From the IMG/VR virus record IMGVR_UViG_3300045988_145627, positions 1-64,000 of that record: DNA of 64,000 bases; one strand, 5' to 3'. This DNA comes from a virus (lineage: Duplodnaviria; Heunggongvirae; Uroviricota; Caudoviricetes). The notes under the pieces are model-generated. The model saw nothing but the letters and a program-made list of their open reading frames with translations, did no database searches and was not told where the DNA came from. Made by a program: the position numbers and the translations under genes. Shown here one piece after another: positions 1-10,066 of this stretch. The stretch's first letter is position 1. The number at the start of each line of letters is the position of its first letter.

Positions 1-1
1 T

Positions 2-361
2 AAGCTACAGAAAGAGCTTGAGTCGCTTGTTCTGGACGATATCGAGGTTTTCGGCTTTGAAGAGCGTGAGTTGAATGTTCTCGTTGGCAGTATGACAGAA
101 GAAATGGACACCGATTCGCTAGTTATCGATCTTGGCGAAGAAACTAAACGACAGAAGGATGAACACACCGAGATCAGTCGTGAAGTTGCAGCGGAAGAAG
201 TACGTGTTGTCGACGTATTGGGCTTTAAAACGCTCCCTGCTGGCTCTGCCATTGTTGTTGGTGATTTGCTTGCCCACATGGAAGAAATGACGGGAGAAAG
301 CGGGGTAGACGCATTTGTGGCATATGCGGAGAAGATCTCTTCCGGGGAGATGGCTGCATGA
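2..361 (+). CDS. hypothetical acidic protein, 5' end probably outside window
   Basis: Reading frame is open from base 2 up to the ORF-track start at 71; stop overlaps next start (ATGA at 358-361); no recognisable motif. Confidence 0.4.
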   Translation, partial: KLQKELESLVLDDIEVFGFEERELNVLVGSMTEEMDTDSLVIDLGEETKRQKDEHTEISREVAAEEVRVVDVLGFKTLPAGSAIVVGDLLAHMEEMTGESGVDAFVAYAEKISSGEMAA

Positions 362-1023
362 GCAAATACATCATCAACGTATCGTTTCAGACACGCGTAA
401 ATAAAACCACGCGCACGTTGGAAATCGCTGAGTCGTTCGGGCTTGGCCTGGACGAAAAAGAGTGGACGCTTTACGACAATCTGGAGCTGGAAGTGAAGCA
501 GGGCGATGTGGTGTACATCACCGGCCAATCCGGTTCCGGCAAATCCGTTGTGCTGCGCGAGTTGCAACGCCAGATGAAGGATGAAGGGCTTTCTGTAGCC
601 TCCATCGATGATTTTACCTTCGATAATGAGGTTAACGTCATCGATCAGTTGGGCAAAACGACCAGTGATGCGCTTGGGTTGTTATCTATGGCTGGTCTGA
701 ACGATGCATATCTGTTTGTTCGCAAGCCTTCTGAAATGTCAGACGGCCAGAAATATCGTCTCAAGATTGCCAAACTGATTGAGTCAGGCGCTAAAGTATG
801 GGCTGCTGACGAGTTCGGCGCTGTTCTCGACCGTGTAACCGCTCAGGTTGTGGCGTCTAACCTCCAGCGTGCCGCTCGAAAGGTTGGTGCGACGGTAATG
901 GTGGCGACGACTCACGAAGACCTGAAGAACGCGCTGCGCCCGGATATGCAGATCACCAAGCACTACAAAGAACGCGTGAAGGTGGAATATCACAATGGTA
1001 GTCATGATGAGGTCCATTCATGA
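358..1023 (+). CDS. compact ABC-type ATPase (nucleotide-binding domain only)
   Basis: Walker A GQSGSGKS, signature-like MSDGQKYRL, Walker B VWAADEFG, H-loop-like ATTHED; start and stop overlap neighbours. Confidence 0.6.
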   Translation: MSKYIINVSFQTRVNKTTRTLEIAESFGLGLDEKEWTLYDNLELEVKQGDVVYITGQSGSGKSVVLRELQRQMKDEGLSVASIDDFTFDNEVNVIDQLGKTTSDALGLLSMAGLNDAYLFVRKPSEMSDGQKYRLKIAKLIESGAKVWAADEFGAVLDRVTAQVVASNLQRAARKVGATVMVATTHEDLKNALRPDMQITKHYKERVKVEYHNGSHDEVHS

Positions 1024-1910
1024 CGGACATCATCATTAAACGCTACCGCCCTGAAGAGTTTCCGCGTCATCTGGACTTTCTGGAGCGAATGACTGTTACA
1101 AAGGGAACTGTAGAGGACTGGCACGCTCTTAAGTCGCTTCACTACAAAACAGACGGCAAACCTTTCGCGCCAACTTACTATCGCTGCGAACTTGATGACC
1201 GTCTGGTGGGCGTCGTGGTTATGGCTTACCCGAAACTACTGTTGGCACCTCGCCACCGCATGTTTCCTAAGTTGAAACCAACCACTAATACCACCGTGGC
1301 TAACCAGTACTGGGGTCGGTACGTGAATAACAACTTTGCGGTGATCAGTCGCTCAGTTGTGGATACTCAGTATCGTGGCGTAGGCGTCTCTTATCGAATG
1401 ATTAACCTGGTTAGCAGGATGCATGACCGGCCAATCATTGAGATCCAGTCCTCGATGAGCAAATACAATCCCTTCGCCATGAAAGCAGGGTTTAAGTTCA
1501 TCCGCCCTGAGCGACCGAAGAGCTATGAAAGTGCACTGCGTGTGTTCCAGCGCCATTTCCGCTCCGACCCGGGTGATAACGAGGCGATCGTCAAAGAGTT
1601 GTTCGCTATGAGCGAGTCTCGTCGTCGCCGTGCGCTGCGCGATTTGGTGGCGGACTACCACAAGAACAGTTCTCTGGCAAAAGCTGGGCGGAATCGTGGC
1701 ACGACGATTCAGGACATTGCCGACAGTCTGGTGGACGAGGCCAGCATTGTGAAGCTGCTCAAGGACATTCACAACCTGAGCTTTACGTCTCCGTTGTATG
1801 GTGTGTACCGAAACCCTGACTTTGACCGTCGACTGCCTGACACGCTGCCACTGCTGGCATTCGACAAACAACCTTTGGATAAACCGTTAGAAATTGCTTT
1901 ACCGGCATAA
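1020..1910 (+). CDS. GNAT-fold acetyltransferase-like protein with C-terminal extension
   Basis: Motif-A-like QYRGVGVS after a hydrophobic strand and C-terminal NPFAMKAGFKFI resembling the GNAT N..A...Y.K.GF signature; start overlaps ATPase stop. Confidence 0.45.
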   Translation: MTDIIIKRYRPEEFPRHLDFLERMTVTKGTVEDWHALKSLHYKTDGKPFAPTYYRCELDDRLVGVVVMAYPKLLLAPRHRMFPKLKPTTNTTVANQYWGRYVNNNFAVISRSVVDTQYRGVGVSYRMINLVSRMHDRPIIEIQSSMSKYNPFAMKAGFKFIRPERPKSYESALRVFQRHFRSDPGDNEAIVKELFAMSESRRRRALRDLVADYHKNSSLAKAGRNRGTTIQDIADSLVDEASIVKLLKDIHNLSFTSPLYGVYRNPDFDRRLPDTLPLLAFDKQPLDKPLEIALPA

Positions 1911-1919
1911 GGATTTGCC

Positions 1920-2186
1920 ATGACGTTAACCGACAAACAAAAGGACATAATCAAAACGCTCAATCTCGGTTATGAGCGAGGTCATCTACTTGATCTGGAC
2001 GAATTGCTTGAAGTTTTGCCGTACAAGACAACCAAGCAAAGTATCCAGTTCTCAATTCGCGCTCTGATAAAAAAGGGGCTGGTGGAGAAAGGGCATACGC
2101 GCCAACGCAGTGACAATCGCTATCACCGCCGAACTCTTGGGTTAACCACTTTAGGTCGAGCCAAAGCGAAGTTACTGGTGATGTAA
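1920..2186 (+). CDS. small basic protein, possible winged-helix DNA binding
   Basis: 88 aa, basic C-terminus; begins 10 nt after previous stop; fold assignment is a guess. Confidence 0.35.
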   Translation: MTLTDKQKDIIKTLNLGYERGHLLDLDELLEVLPYKTTKQSIQFSIRALIKKGLVEKGHTRQRSDNRYHRRTLGLTTLGRAKAKLLVM

Positions 2187-2210
2187 TCGGTCTGGGAGCT
2201 TATTTAAAGA

Positions 2211-2265
2211 CCTGCATCTGTATATATAAATAATAAGTAACTTATTAAATATATACGGAAGCAGG
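2211..2265. promoter_or_regulatory. 55-bp imperfect palindromic element, copy A (CCTGC...TATATAAATAATAAGTAACTTATTAAATATATA...GCAGG)
   Basis: Near-identical copy at 34143-34197; outer CCTGC/GCAGG and inner AATAAGT/ACTTATT inverted arms. Confidence 0.6.
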
Positions 2266-2302
2266 CTTCGTAAGACATGCCAGATCTAATTAAACACACC
2301 AG

Positions 2303-2343
2303 AAAACAAGTTGGTTAGCAGATGCAGTAAACAAGTTGTTTTA
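2303..2343. promoter_or_regulatory. two AAACAAGTTGTTT-type palindromic operator-like sites upstream of terS
   Basis: aaaacaagttggtt and taaacaagttgtttta; same palindrome family at 31838, 35065 and 61081. Confidence 0.5.
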
Positions 2344-2381
2344 GAGCGCATGGACGCGCTCTGTGTGTTTTAGAGGGATCT

Positions 2382-3014
2382 ATGACGGTCGAAAAAGACG
2401 AGGTAAAAACTCGCCTGACACCAGCGGAGTGGGCCGAAGCTGAAGCCAAATGGACGTCAGGCGAATATACACTCTCAAAGCTGGAGGAAGAGTACGGCAT
2501 TCGTCGTGAAACACTCTCCAGACATTTCAAAAAGCGAGGATTAGAGAAAGGCGCGGACTCTGTTGGGAAGATGGTTCGTGAGTCTCTTAAATCTGACGCA
2601 GAGCTTCGCGCTAAAGCCCGTGCGGAAAAGATAGAAGAACGTCGTACACGTTATGACGGCTGGGCGTATGCGTTGGGGCAGATGGTGATGGTCGAAGTCA
2701 CTACGGCCAAACGTGAGGGTAAGCCTTTAGGGGCGATTGAGGATTCTCTCAAGAGCTTACAGAGAGCCAGTAATACCCTTGCAAAATGCTTTGAAGTTTC
2801 GTCCAAAGCATTGGGCATGGATCATGCGGAAAATGACGAGGAAGAAATTCCGAACCTGGTATTTGGTGAGCTTACGCCTTCCCAGGTGGCGAAATTACGT
2901 CAGGAAGACGACGAGCCTGAAATCATCGATGACGAATTGCTTGAGACGTTGGAAGAAGAAGCTCTAAGCGAATTTGATGCGACAGATGATGGAAGTGAAG
3001 GGGAGGACGAATAA
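2382..3014 (+). CDS. terS: terminase small subunit (putative)
   Basis: Immediately upstream of and abutting terL; N-terminal HTH-like segment TLSKLEEEYGIRRETLSRHFKKRG; acidic C-terminal tail. Confidence 0.5.
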   Translation: MTVEKDEVKTRLTPAEWAEAEAKWTSGEYTLSKLEEEYGIRRETLSRHFKKRGLEKGADSVGKMVRESLKSDAELRAKARAEKIEERRTRYDGWAYALGQMVMVEVTTAKREGKPLGAIEDSLKSLQRASNTLAKCFEVSSKALGMDHAENDEEEIPNLVFGELTPSQVAKLRQEDDEPEIIDDELLETLEEEALSEFDATDDGSEGEDE

Positions 3015-4270
3015 TGGCAATCCCGTCCTCACTCAGTCTTGTGCAACTGCATTCTGGACAGATGAAAGTCTTCCAGTCTCCGCATCGATTTAAAGTTGTT
3101 TGTGCTGGTCGACGCTGGGGAAAATCCCGGTTGTCGATCTCCACTATTATTCGTGCGGCGGCAAAGGAAAAAAAGCAAAGGGTCTGGTATGTCGCTCCTA
3201 CTTACCAGATGGCTCGCCAGATTTTGTGGGACGATCTACAGGAAGTTCTGCCTCGTAAGTGGGTTAGGAAAAAGAACGACACCACGATGACAATCGTGTT
3301 GAAGAACGGTTCGGAGATCGCCCTCAAAGGTGCTGATAAGCCTGACACTCTGCGCGGCGTAGCGTTGCATTTTGTAGTGCTTGATGAATTTCAGGATATG
3401 AAGGCTGACACCTGGTACAAGGTGTTACGACCTACTCTTTCATCGACACGCGGCGGTGCACTGATCATTGGTACGCCAAAAGGCTTCTCGGAATTTCACA
3501 AACTGTGGACGATAGGCCAGAACGTAGAGCTGCAAAGAAAGGGACAGTGGAAGAGCTGGCAGTTTGTAACTGCCGATTCTCCGTTTGTACCTACGGCGGA
3601 AATTGAAGCTGCTAAGAACGATATGGACCCCAAATCGTTCGCTCAGGAGTACCTGGCCAGCTTTGAGAACATGTCCGGGCGCGTTTACTACCCGTTCGAT
3701 CGTAACGTGCATGTAAAACCGCTTCAGTTCAACCCTCGGTTGCCTATATGGGTAGGGCAGGACTTCAACATTGACCCGATGTCTTCAGTAATTTTGCAAC
3801 CTCAGCCAAATGGTGAGCTATGGGCAATTGATGAATTGGTGCTCTTTTCCTCTAACACGGCAGAAGTTTGTGATGAGCTTGAGAGACGCTTCTGGCGCTG
3901 GAAATCACAGGTAACGGTATTTCCAGATCCGGCAGGTGCTTATCGCCAACATGCTCGTGGGGAGTCTGACGTAGACATATTCAAAGAGAAGGGATTCTTA
4001 CGTGTCGATTATTCGAAAAAGCACCCGCCAATTGCGGATCGTGTTAATGCTGTTAACCGAATGCTGATGTCCGCATCTGGAGATATCCGGCTGTATATCG
4101 ATCCGAAGTGCAAGCATTTGATTGATTCACTGGAAAAAGTCATCTACAAGCCTGGAACACGAGATATGGATAAGACAGGTGGCATTGAGCATAGTGCAGA
4201 CGCATTGGGCTATCCAGTACATCGTAGGTATCCAGTCAAAAACCGTGTTATTCTTGGTGGTTCTCGATAG
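3014..4270 (+). CDS. terL: terminase large subunit
   Basis: Walker A VVCAGRRWGKS, Walker B VVLDEFQDM; followed by portal gene. Confidence 0.8.
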   Translation: MAIPSSLSLVQLHSGQMKVFQSPHRFKVVCAGRRWGKSRLSISTIIRAAAKEKKQRVWYVAPTYQMARQILWDDLQEVLPRKWVRKKNDTTMTIVLKNGSEIALKGADKPDTLRGVALHFVVLDEFQDMKADTWYKVLRPTLSSTRGGALIIGTPKGFSEFHKLWTIGQNVELQRKGQWKSWQFVTADSPFVPTAEIEAAKNDMDPKSFAQEYLASFENMSGRVYYPFDRNVHVKPLQFNPRLPIWVGQDFNIDPMSSVILQPQPNGELWAIDELVLFSSNTAEVCDELERRFWRWKSQVTVFPDPAGAYRQHARGESDVDIFKEKGFLRVDYSKKHPPIADRVNAVNRMLMSASGDIRLYIDPKCKHLIDSLEKVIYKPGTRDMDKTGGIEHSADALGYPVHRRYPVKNRVILGGSR

Positions 4271-4296
4271 GTAAGTAATTATCTAAGGTTATTCAA

Positions 4297-5871
4297 ATGG
4301 AATTGAACGACAAACAAATTAAGGATCTGGTGGCGCGACGCCACCCGGAATACGAAAAGAAAAAAGAACATTGGGACTTCCTCGCCAGCACTTACGCTGG
4401 CGGGCGTGGTTGGTTTACAGACAATATCTTTCGTTACTTTAAAGAGGGAGATCAGGAGTTTAAGGAGCGAGTTGAACGTGCTTATCGCTTTAACCACACT
4501 CGTGAGGTGGTAAACCTCATCAACAAATATCTCTTTAAAGAAGACATTCATAGAAATATCGAAGAGGCACCAGAGCAGATCCGCAATTTCTGGAAACGTG
4601 CGACTCGCCAGAATGCCTCTATTGACTCATTTATGGCCGCTATTGATTTGCAGTCGTCTATTTACGGTCGCATATGGGTTGTTGTCGATAGCACGATGAG
4701 TGGTGATGTTGAGTCAGTAGCTGACGAGAAAAAGAAAGATGCTCGCGCCTACGCCTACTGGATTTCACCTCAGCAAATGCTGGATGTGGCATGGGACGAC
4801 GACGGGAATATGTTATGGGCGTTAATTGTGGAAGTCGCTCGCGATGACGCAGATCCTTTTACTTCTACAGGTCAGGAATACCAACGTTATCGTCTGTGGA
4901 CACAAAACGAGTGGTATCTGTTCCGTGAGGAAGTGAAGAAGGGCGCTGGTGGAGCAGGTCGCCGTCAGGCAAAAGTTATTTTAGAGGATAGCGGTGAGCA
5001 TAATCTCGGCGTAGTTCCTGTGTTTCCTGTTGATTGTATTGGAGAAAGTGAATCACCGTATTTCAGCCCATCGTTGATCGATGATATCGCTTATCTTGAT
5101 CGTGCGGTTGCAAACTATCTGTCAAACCTTGATGCCATTATTCAGGATCAGACATTTAGCCAGTTGGCTATACCAGTACAGTCGCTTTTACCTGGTGATG
5201 AAAACCACACTAAAGTGCTTGAAATGGGCACAAAGCGAGTCTTCACCTACGATTCTGAAGGTGGAAACCAGCCGTTTTATCTGTCACCAGACCCGAAACA
5301 AGCTCAGATGATCATCACTACGATTAAGACGGTGATTAACGAAATCTACCATTCAGTTGGTGTAGCTGGTGAGCGAACGAAGCAGGACAACGCACAGGGA
5401 ATCGATAACTCATCTGGTGCCGCAAAAATGTATGACTTCCAGCGTGTAAATAGCTTGCTTGTCACAAAAGCAGAGCGTCTGGAAAGGGCTGAACGCCAAA
5501 TCATGCTACTGGTTGCGAAATGGATGGGGGTAGATCTGGACGAAGACCACTCTTTAATTGCGTATCCAGAAAGTTTCGATATTCGTGGCCTTACTGATGA
5601 ATTTTCTGTTGCCGAGAAACTGTCATTACTTCAGGCACCGGACTCTGTACGTCGTCACCAGATGGAAATGCTTATTGAGAAGATTTTCCCGAACATTACT
5701 GAGGCGATGAAAAAGGAATTTGATAAAGATCTCTTGAATTTTCCTCCAAAAAATGATCTAAATACCCTTGAAAATAAGTCATCACTTACTTATGATCGTG
5801 GTGCAGCCCAAGAAAGCGGGCAAGATCAACCCCGAGGGAATGGGGACTCATCTACTCAAGAGAACGAGTGA
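4297..5871 (+). CDS. portal protein (putative)
   Basis: 524 aa ORF directly after terL with RBS aagg; size and position typical. Confidence 0.65.
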   Translation: MELNDKQIKDLVARRHPEYEKKKEHWDFLASTYAGGRGWFTDNIFRYFKEGDQEFKERVERAYRFNHTREVVNLINKYLFKEDIHRNIEEAPEQIRNFWKRATRQNASIDSFMAAIDLQSSIYGRIWVVVDSTMSGDVESVADEKKKDARAYAYWISPQQMLDVAWDDDGNMLWALIVEVARDDADPFTSTGQEYQRYRLWTQNEWYLFREEVKKGAGGAGRRQAKVILEDSGEHNLGVVPVFPVDCIGESESPYFSPSLIDDIAYLDRAVANYLSNLDAIIQDQTFSQLAIPVQSLLPGDENHTKVLEMGTKRVFTYDSEGGNQPFYLSPDPKQAQMIITTIKTVINEIYHSVGVAGERTKQDNAQGIDNSSGAAKMYDFQRVNSLLVTKAERLERAERQIMLLVAKWMGVDLDEDHSLIAYPESFDIRGLTDEFSVAEKLSLLQAPDSVRRHQMEMLIEKIFPNITEAMKKEFDKDLLNFPPKNDLNTLENKSSLTYDRGAAQESGQDQPRGNGDSSTQENE

Positions 5872-5892
5872 TAAGTAACAAAAGGAATTTTT

Positions 5893-6780
5893 ATGAATCT
5901 GTGGCAAATGCTTTTGGCCCGTCGTGGTCTGATGGATGTCGCTGAAGCGCATGAGCGTGGAGGCGCTGGCGGTGTAGCTGCTGATAATGAGCAGAGTACA
6001 CAAGATCCTGACAAACAGGGTGAACAAAAAGAGCAGCCGAAGGGCGATGACGAATACGCTGGCATGACTCAGGAAGAGTTACTGGCCGAACTTCGTAAAA
6101 CCAAGAAAGCTGGTGCTGAACTGCTGAAGGAGAACATGAAGCGCAAAGAGAAAGAGCGCACATTGGCCGATCAGCTTGCTCAGTACGGTGATATCGATCC
6201 GGCTCGTGCTCGCCAGCTTTTAGAAGCTGAACAGGCCGCAGAAAACGCACGTCGTGAGGCGGAGCAAGCTGAACTGGAGCGTCGTGGTGAGTTCGATGCT
6301 GTTAAAAAACAGATGATCGAAGCACACCAGGCAGAGCTGGCACAGCGTGACGAACGTTATGCAGCACTGGAAAGTGAAAACGCATCACTGAAATCTCAAT
6401 TAGTCGAGATGACCGTGGGCGCTTCCTTCAGTAACTCTCTCTTCCTACGTGACAAAGTTCTGATGACCCCGGCAAAAGCCCGCGTGATCTACGGTTCTCA
6501 TTTTGAAGTGGGTGAAGACGGTAGCGTAGTGGGTTATGACAAACCGGCAGGTCATAAAGAACGAGCTGTTCTGGTTGACGGTGAAGGTAAGCCGTTGCCG
6601 TTTGAATCCGCGATTGAACGCATTGTGCGGGCAGATCCGGAAGCTGACGCATTGATGCGTAGCGAAGCCAAGCAGGGTGTAGGCTCACATTCCAAATCGA
6701 CCTACACAATATCCCAACCGAAGAACAAGTCGACTATGGATAAGTTGGCCTCCGGTCTGGGGAAAATTGGACTTAAGTAA
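5893..6780 (+). CDS. scaffolding protein (putative)
   Basis: Charged, coiled-coil-like composition (AELLKENMKRKEKER..., EAEQAAENARREAEQAELERR) between portal and capsid genes. Confidence 0.5.
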   Translation: MNLWQMLLARRGLMDVAEAHERGGAGGVAADNEQSTQDPDKQGEQKEQPKGDDEYAGMTQEELLAELRKTKKAGAELLKENMKRKEKERTLADQLAQYGDIDPARARQLLEAEQAAENARREAEQAELERRGEFDAVKKQMIEAHQAELAQRDERYAALESENASLKSQLVEMTVGASFSNSLFLRDKVLMTPAKARVIYGSHFEVGEDGSVVGYDKPAGHKERAVLVDGEGKPLPFESAIERIVRADPEADALMRSEAKQGVGSHSKSTYTISQPKNKSTMDKLASGLGKIGLK

Positions 6781-6805
6781 CATCTAAATCAAAGGGAATT
6801 GATAG

Positions 6806-7681
6806 ATGCCATTACTGCGTGAAGAAGCTGAAAAGCTGTCTAACAACGAACTTGAACAGGGTGTGATCGAAACTATCATCGATCGCGATGACCTGTTTGC
6901 CATCCTGCCTTTTATGAAAATTAATTCAAAGGCATATCTGTACAACCGTGAAAAAACGCTGAGTGAAGCTACCTTCATCGACGTTAACGACACCATCCCT
7001 GAAGGTGCAGCAACCTTCGAAGAATGCGTTGCGAAACTGCGTATTCTGGCTGGTGACGTAGACGTTGATAAATTCCTGGCGACCACTATGGCCGACACCA
7101 ACAACCAGTTGGCTATTCAGGTTCGTCAGAAAGTTAAAGGTCTGGCTCGTGCGTTCCGTCGCAACCTGATTTTGGGTGACTCCAGCTCCAACAACAAGGC
7201 GTTTGACGGCATTCCACGCCTGATGCACGCAGATCAGAAGATCGATATCGCCGGTGCATCTATGACTTTCTCTATGTTCGACGAACTGGTCGATGCGGTG
7301 AAAGATCTTGGTGCTGACTGCATCATGATGCGTTCAGAGCACCTGCGTGCTTACCGTGCGCTGCTGCGTACAGTAAACGTAGGTCCGTCTGAAATCATGA
7401 TGGAGAACTTCGGTCGTCCGATGCTGTGTCATAACGGCGTTCCGTTCATCATCAACGACTTCATCCCGACCGATTCTGGCAAAGCAAGCATCTACTGCCT
7501 GCATCTGTCAGAAGAGAACGGCGTTACTGGTCTGTATGGCGGCGACAACGCAGGTATCGTTGTTGAAAACATTGGTACTGTACAGAACAAAGACGCAGTA
7601 CGTACCCGTGTGAAGTGGTACTGCTCTCTGGCGAATAAGCACGATAAGGCTATCGCTGCACTGACCAATGTAAAAATTTAA
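6806..7681 (+). CDS. major capsid protein (putative)
   Basis: 291 aa ORF after scaffold with RBS aggga; position in head module. Confidence 0.55.
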   Translation: MPLLREEAEKLSNNELEQGVIETIIDRDDLFAILPFMKINSKAYLYNREKTLSEATFIDVNDTIPEGAATFEECVAKLRILAGDVDVDKFLATTMADTNNQLAIQVRQKVKGLARAFRRNLILGDSSSNNKAFDGIPRLMHADQKIDIAGASMTFSMFDELVDAVKDLGADCIMMRSEHLRAYRALLRTVNVGPSEIMMENFGRPMLCHNGVPFIINDFIPTDSGKASIYCLHLSEENGVTGLYGGDNAGIVVENIGTVQNKDAVRTRVKWYCSLANKHDKAIAALTNVKI

Positions 7682-7715
7682 TCAGTGTAGTAGATAAGTA
7701 GTTATCTATGTTAAA

Positions 7716-7746
7716 GGGTGGGCTATACGCCCACCCTTTTTGTAGG
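7716..7746 (+). terminator. intrinsic terminator
   Basis: GGGTGGGC-tatac-GCCCACCC followed by TTTTT. Confidence 0.6.
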
Positions 7747-7754
7747 AGCAAGAA

Positions 7755-8675
7755 ATGCCAGAACAAAAGATGAAGATTACGGAAGAGGCATTTTCGGATT
7801 TTACGGGGCATATGTGCCGCGCCGGATTTACCAATTCTATCTCCGATGAACCTTTAACCGAGCGGCAACAAAGTCAGCTATCTGCTTGTTTGCAGGCGGT
7901 TCCCTTCTCCCAATCCGTAAACATAACTCCGGCTTCACCATCAGTTTTGGTTGGGAAAACTGTTCAACTTAGTGCAGGTATTAGTATGGGTAAGAGTGCC
8001 AGTTCATTCACCTGGAAGTCAGCCAATGACCAAATTGCAACCGTTAACGGCACTGGATTAGTAACTGGCGTAGCCCCAGGCAAAGTAAAAATTACTGCAA
8101 CTGATCAGGAAACCCAGCTTTCCGCTTCAGTGGAAGTCACCGTAAATCCGGTAGCCGTTCAATCCGTAACGGTAACGCCAGACTCAACCTCTGTTGAGAA
8201 AGGAAAATCAGTCAGTCTGAAAGCGAATGTTCAGCCGTCAAATGCGACGAATAAGGCTGTTACCTGGTCTTCCAAAAATGAAGATAAGGCAACGGTAGAC
8301 CAGAGCGGGAACGTAACTGGTGTAGAAGTTGGCACTGCGACGATTGAGATCGTTTCCCAAGATGGTAGCAAAAAGGCAACTGCAACGGTGGAAGTAACTG
8401 CGCCTGTTGTGGCTGTTACCGGCGTCGAAATCGACCCAAATAGCACAACCGTTGAGGCAAACAAAACTGTTCAGCTGACAGCAAATGTCGAGCCGGCAGG
8501 AGCCACAAATAAAACCGTTACTTGGGAATCTAAAAATACCGAGTTTGCAACGGTTGACAGCGAAACCGGTGTTGTAACTGGTGTTGCGGCTGGTACTGCC
8601 ACAATCGAGGTTACTACCCAAGATGGTAGCCACAAAGCGACAGCGACCGTAGAAGTCACTGCTGCACAGGAATAA
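7755..8675 (+). CDS. Ig-like (Big_2-type) repeat protein, probable head decoration protein
   Basis: Three tandem roughly 80-aa repeats VTVTPDSTSVEKGKSVSLKANVQPSNATNKAVTWSS...ATATVEVTA. Confidence 0.7.
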   Translation: MPEQKMKITEEAFSDFTGHMCRAGFTNSISDEPLTERQQSQLSACLQAVPFSQSVNITPASPSVLVGKTVQLSAGISMGKSASSFTWKSANDQIATVNGTGLVTGVAPGKVKITATDQETQLSASVEVTVNPVAVQSVTVTPDSTSVEKGKSVSLKANVQPSNATNKAVTWSSKNEDKATVDQSGNVTGVEVGTATIEIVSQDGSKKATATVEVTAPVVAVTGVEIDPNSTTVEANKTVQLTANVEPAGATNKTVTWESKNTEFATVDSETGVVTGVAAGTATIEVTTQDGSHKATATVEVTAAQE

Positions 8676-8719
8676 TCAATATTGGGCGGCGAAAGCCGCC
8701 CATGTAGAGAGAATGCGTT

Positions 8720-9154
8720 ATGAAACCAGCAAAAATTGTTTTATTAGAACCGCAATTTTCCGGTTATTCGGGAATGTTGTGCGGCGTTCAGTTCGAGAAC
8801 GGGGTGTCCGTAGCGGAGTTGCCTTTTATCGATCAGCAAAGGATTTGTGCCTCAATGCGAGCATCAACAGTCGAGGGCAAAAATGTTTCTCCGTCTGCCG
8901 CATACAGTGATCGTGGCGAGTTGACCGCAGACCTGATTACCGAGCCAGCAGCACCTGACATTGTGCCAATGAAACGTGGGACACCCGATGAACCGGCCAA
9001 ACAGATCCAGACTTTCACACGAGAAGAGTTGGAGTCAATTGCAGACAATGAAGGCATTGCCGGTCTACGTGTGATTGGTAATCAGGTTGGTGTCAAAGCG
9101 AAAGGAATTGTCGAGATGATTGAAGGCATCCTGAAAGCACAAGGCGGTGAGTAA
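8720..9154 (+). CDS. hypothetical head/neck protein
   Basis: ORF with RBS gagag in structural module. Confidence 0.4.
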   Translation: MKPAKIVLLEPQFSGYSGMLCGVQFENGVSVAELPFIDQQRICASMRASTVEGKNVSPSAAYSDRGELTADLITEPAAPDIVPMKRGTPDEPAKQIQTFTREELESIADNEGIAGLRVIGNQVGVKAKGIVEMIEGILKAQGGE

Positions 9155-9987
9155 TGGCGCAGATCGACTCGTATCGTAGCGGTGAAGCTGTTTCCCTTTC
9201 ATTTGCCTTCAACGTGCTGGATATCGAATCTGCTACCTACACAGTAAAGGACAGCACCGGGGCTATTCTCGTTGATGGCGAGCCGCTAGAAATTACCAGC
9301 GGTCAAATGTCGATTCCGGTTGTCGTGTCGGCTGAATATAACCAGCTCTCTGAGAAAGAACGCGATCTGCGGTACGTCATTGTGAAGGCGGTTGCATCGG
9401 GTCTGACGCATGAAGAGCGGCAAATGTATGTTCTGCTGAATAGTTTTGAACTGTCGATACCAGAACAGTCGTTTGCAACTGTCGCTGATGCTCAAATGCA
9501 GGCGATCGATATGCTGAATGGGGACACTTTGCTGTCGGATGGTGAAGGCTTAATGCGCAAGCGTCTCATTGAGGCTACCAGACGAATTAAAACTTTACCG
9601 TTCTCAATCCGCAAAATTCTACGTATCGACTTTGACCGATACGATCGCCCTCAAAATATGCTGAATGTGTATGACATTCCGTGGGGAGCAGATGGAGCGT
9701 ACCGGCATGATTTAGTCGATTGGGAAAAGATGACGCAGGAGAAGTTTGAAGAGTTCCCTGACTACTTCAAAGAAGCGTTGATGCTTGCCGTTGTCAACGA
9801 AGCGTGTGAGATCGCAAATGGCAATGATGTAGCCGCAGCACGAGAGGATGGCATTTTGTCAGAGTCCATCGGTGAAACAACCAACATGTACCGTACCGGT
9901 AAAGCTGCAAACGTGCATGTGGCTCGTAGTACCTGGCGCTTGCTGGTCAGTTACATCAACAACCGTATGATTGTTCGCCGTGCGTAA
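9154..9987 (+). CDS. hypothetical head-completion/neck protein
   Basis: Start overlaps previous stop (TAATG); position. Confidence 0.4.
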   Translation: MAQIDSYRSGEAVSLSFAFNVLDIESATYTVKDSTGAILVDGEPLEITSGQMSIPVVVSAEYNQLSEKERDLRYVIVKAVASGLTHEERQMYVLLNSFELSIPEQSFATVADAQMQAIDMLNGDTLLSDGEGLMRKRLIEATRRIKTLPFSIRKILRIDFDRYDRPQNMLNVYDIPWGADGAYRHDLVDWEKMTQEKFEEFPDYFKEALMLAVVNEACEIANGNDVAAAREDGILSESIGETTNMYRTGKAANVHVARSTWRLLVSYINNRMIVRRA

Positions 9988-10066
9988 CGCCAGTCGCATT
10001 ATTTACTTTTGGTCGAAAGGGTTTTTGGCCAGTAATGAGAGCGACCGACAACAACAGGGAGAGAGC

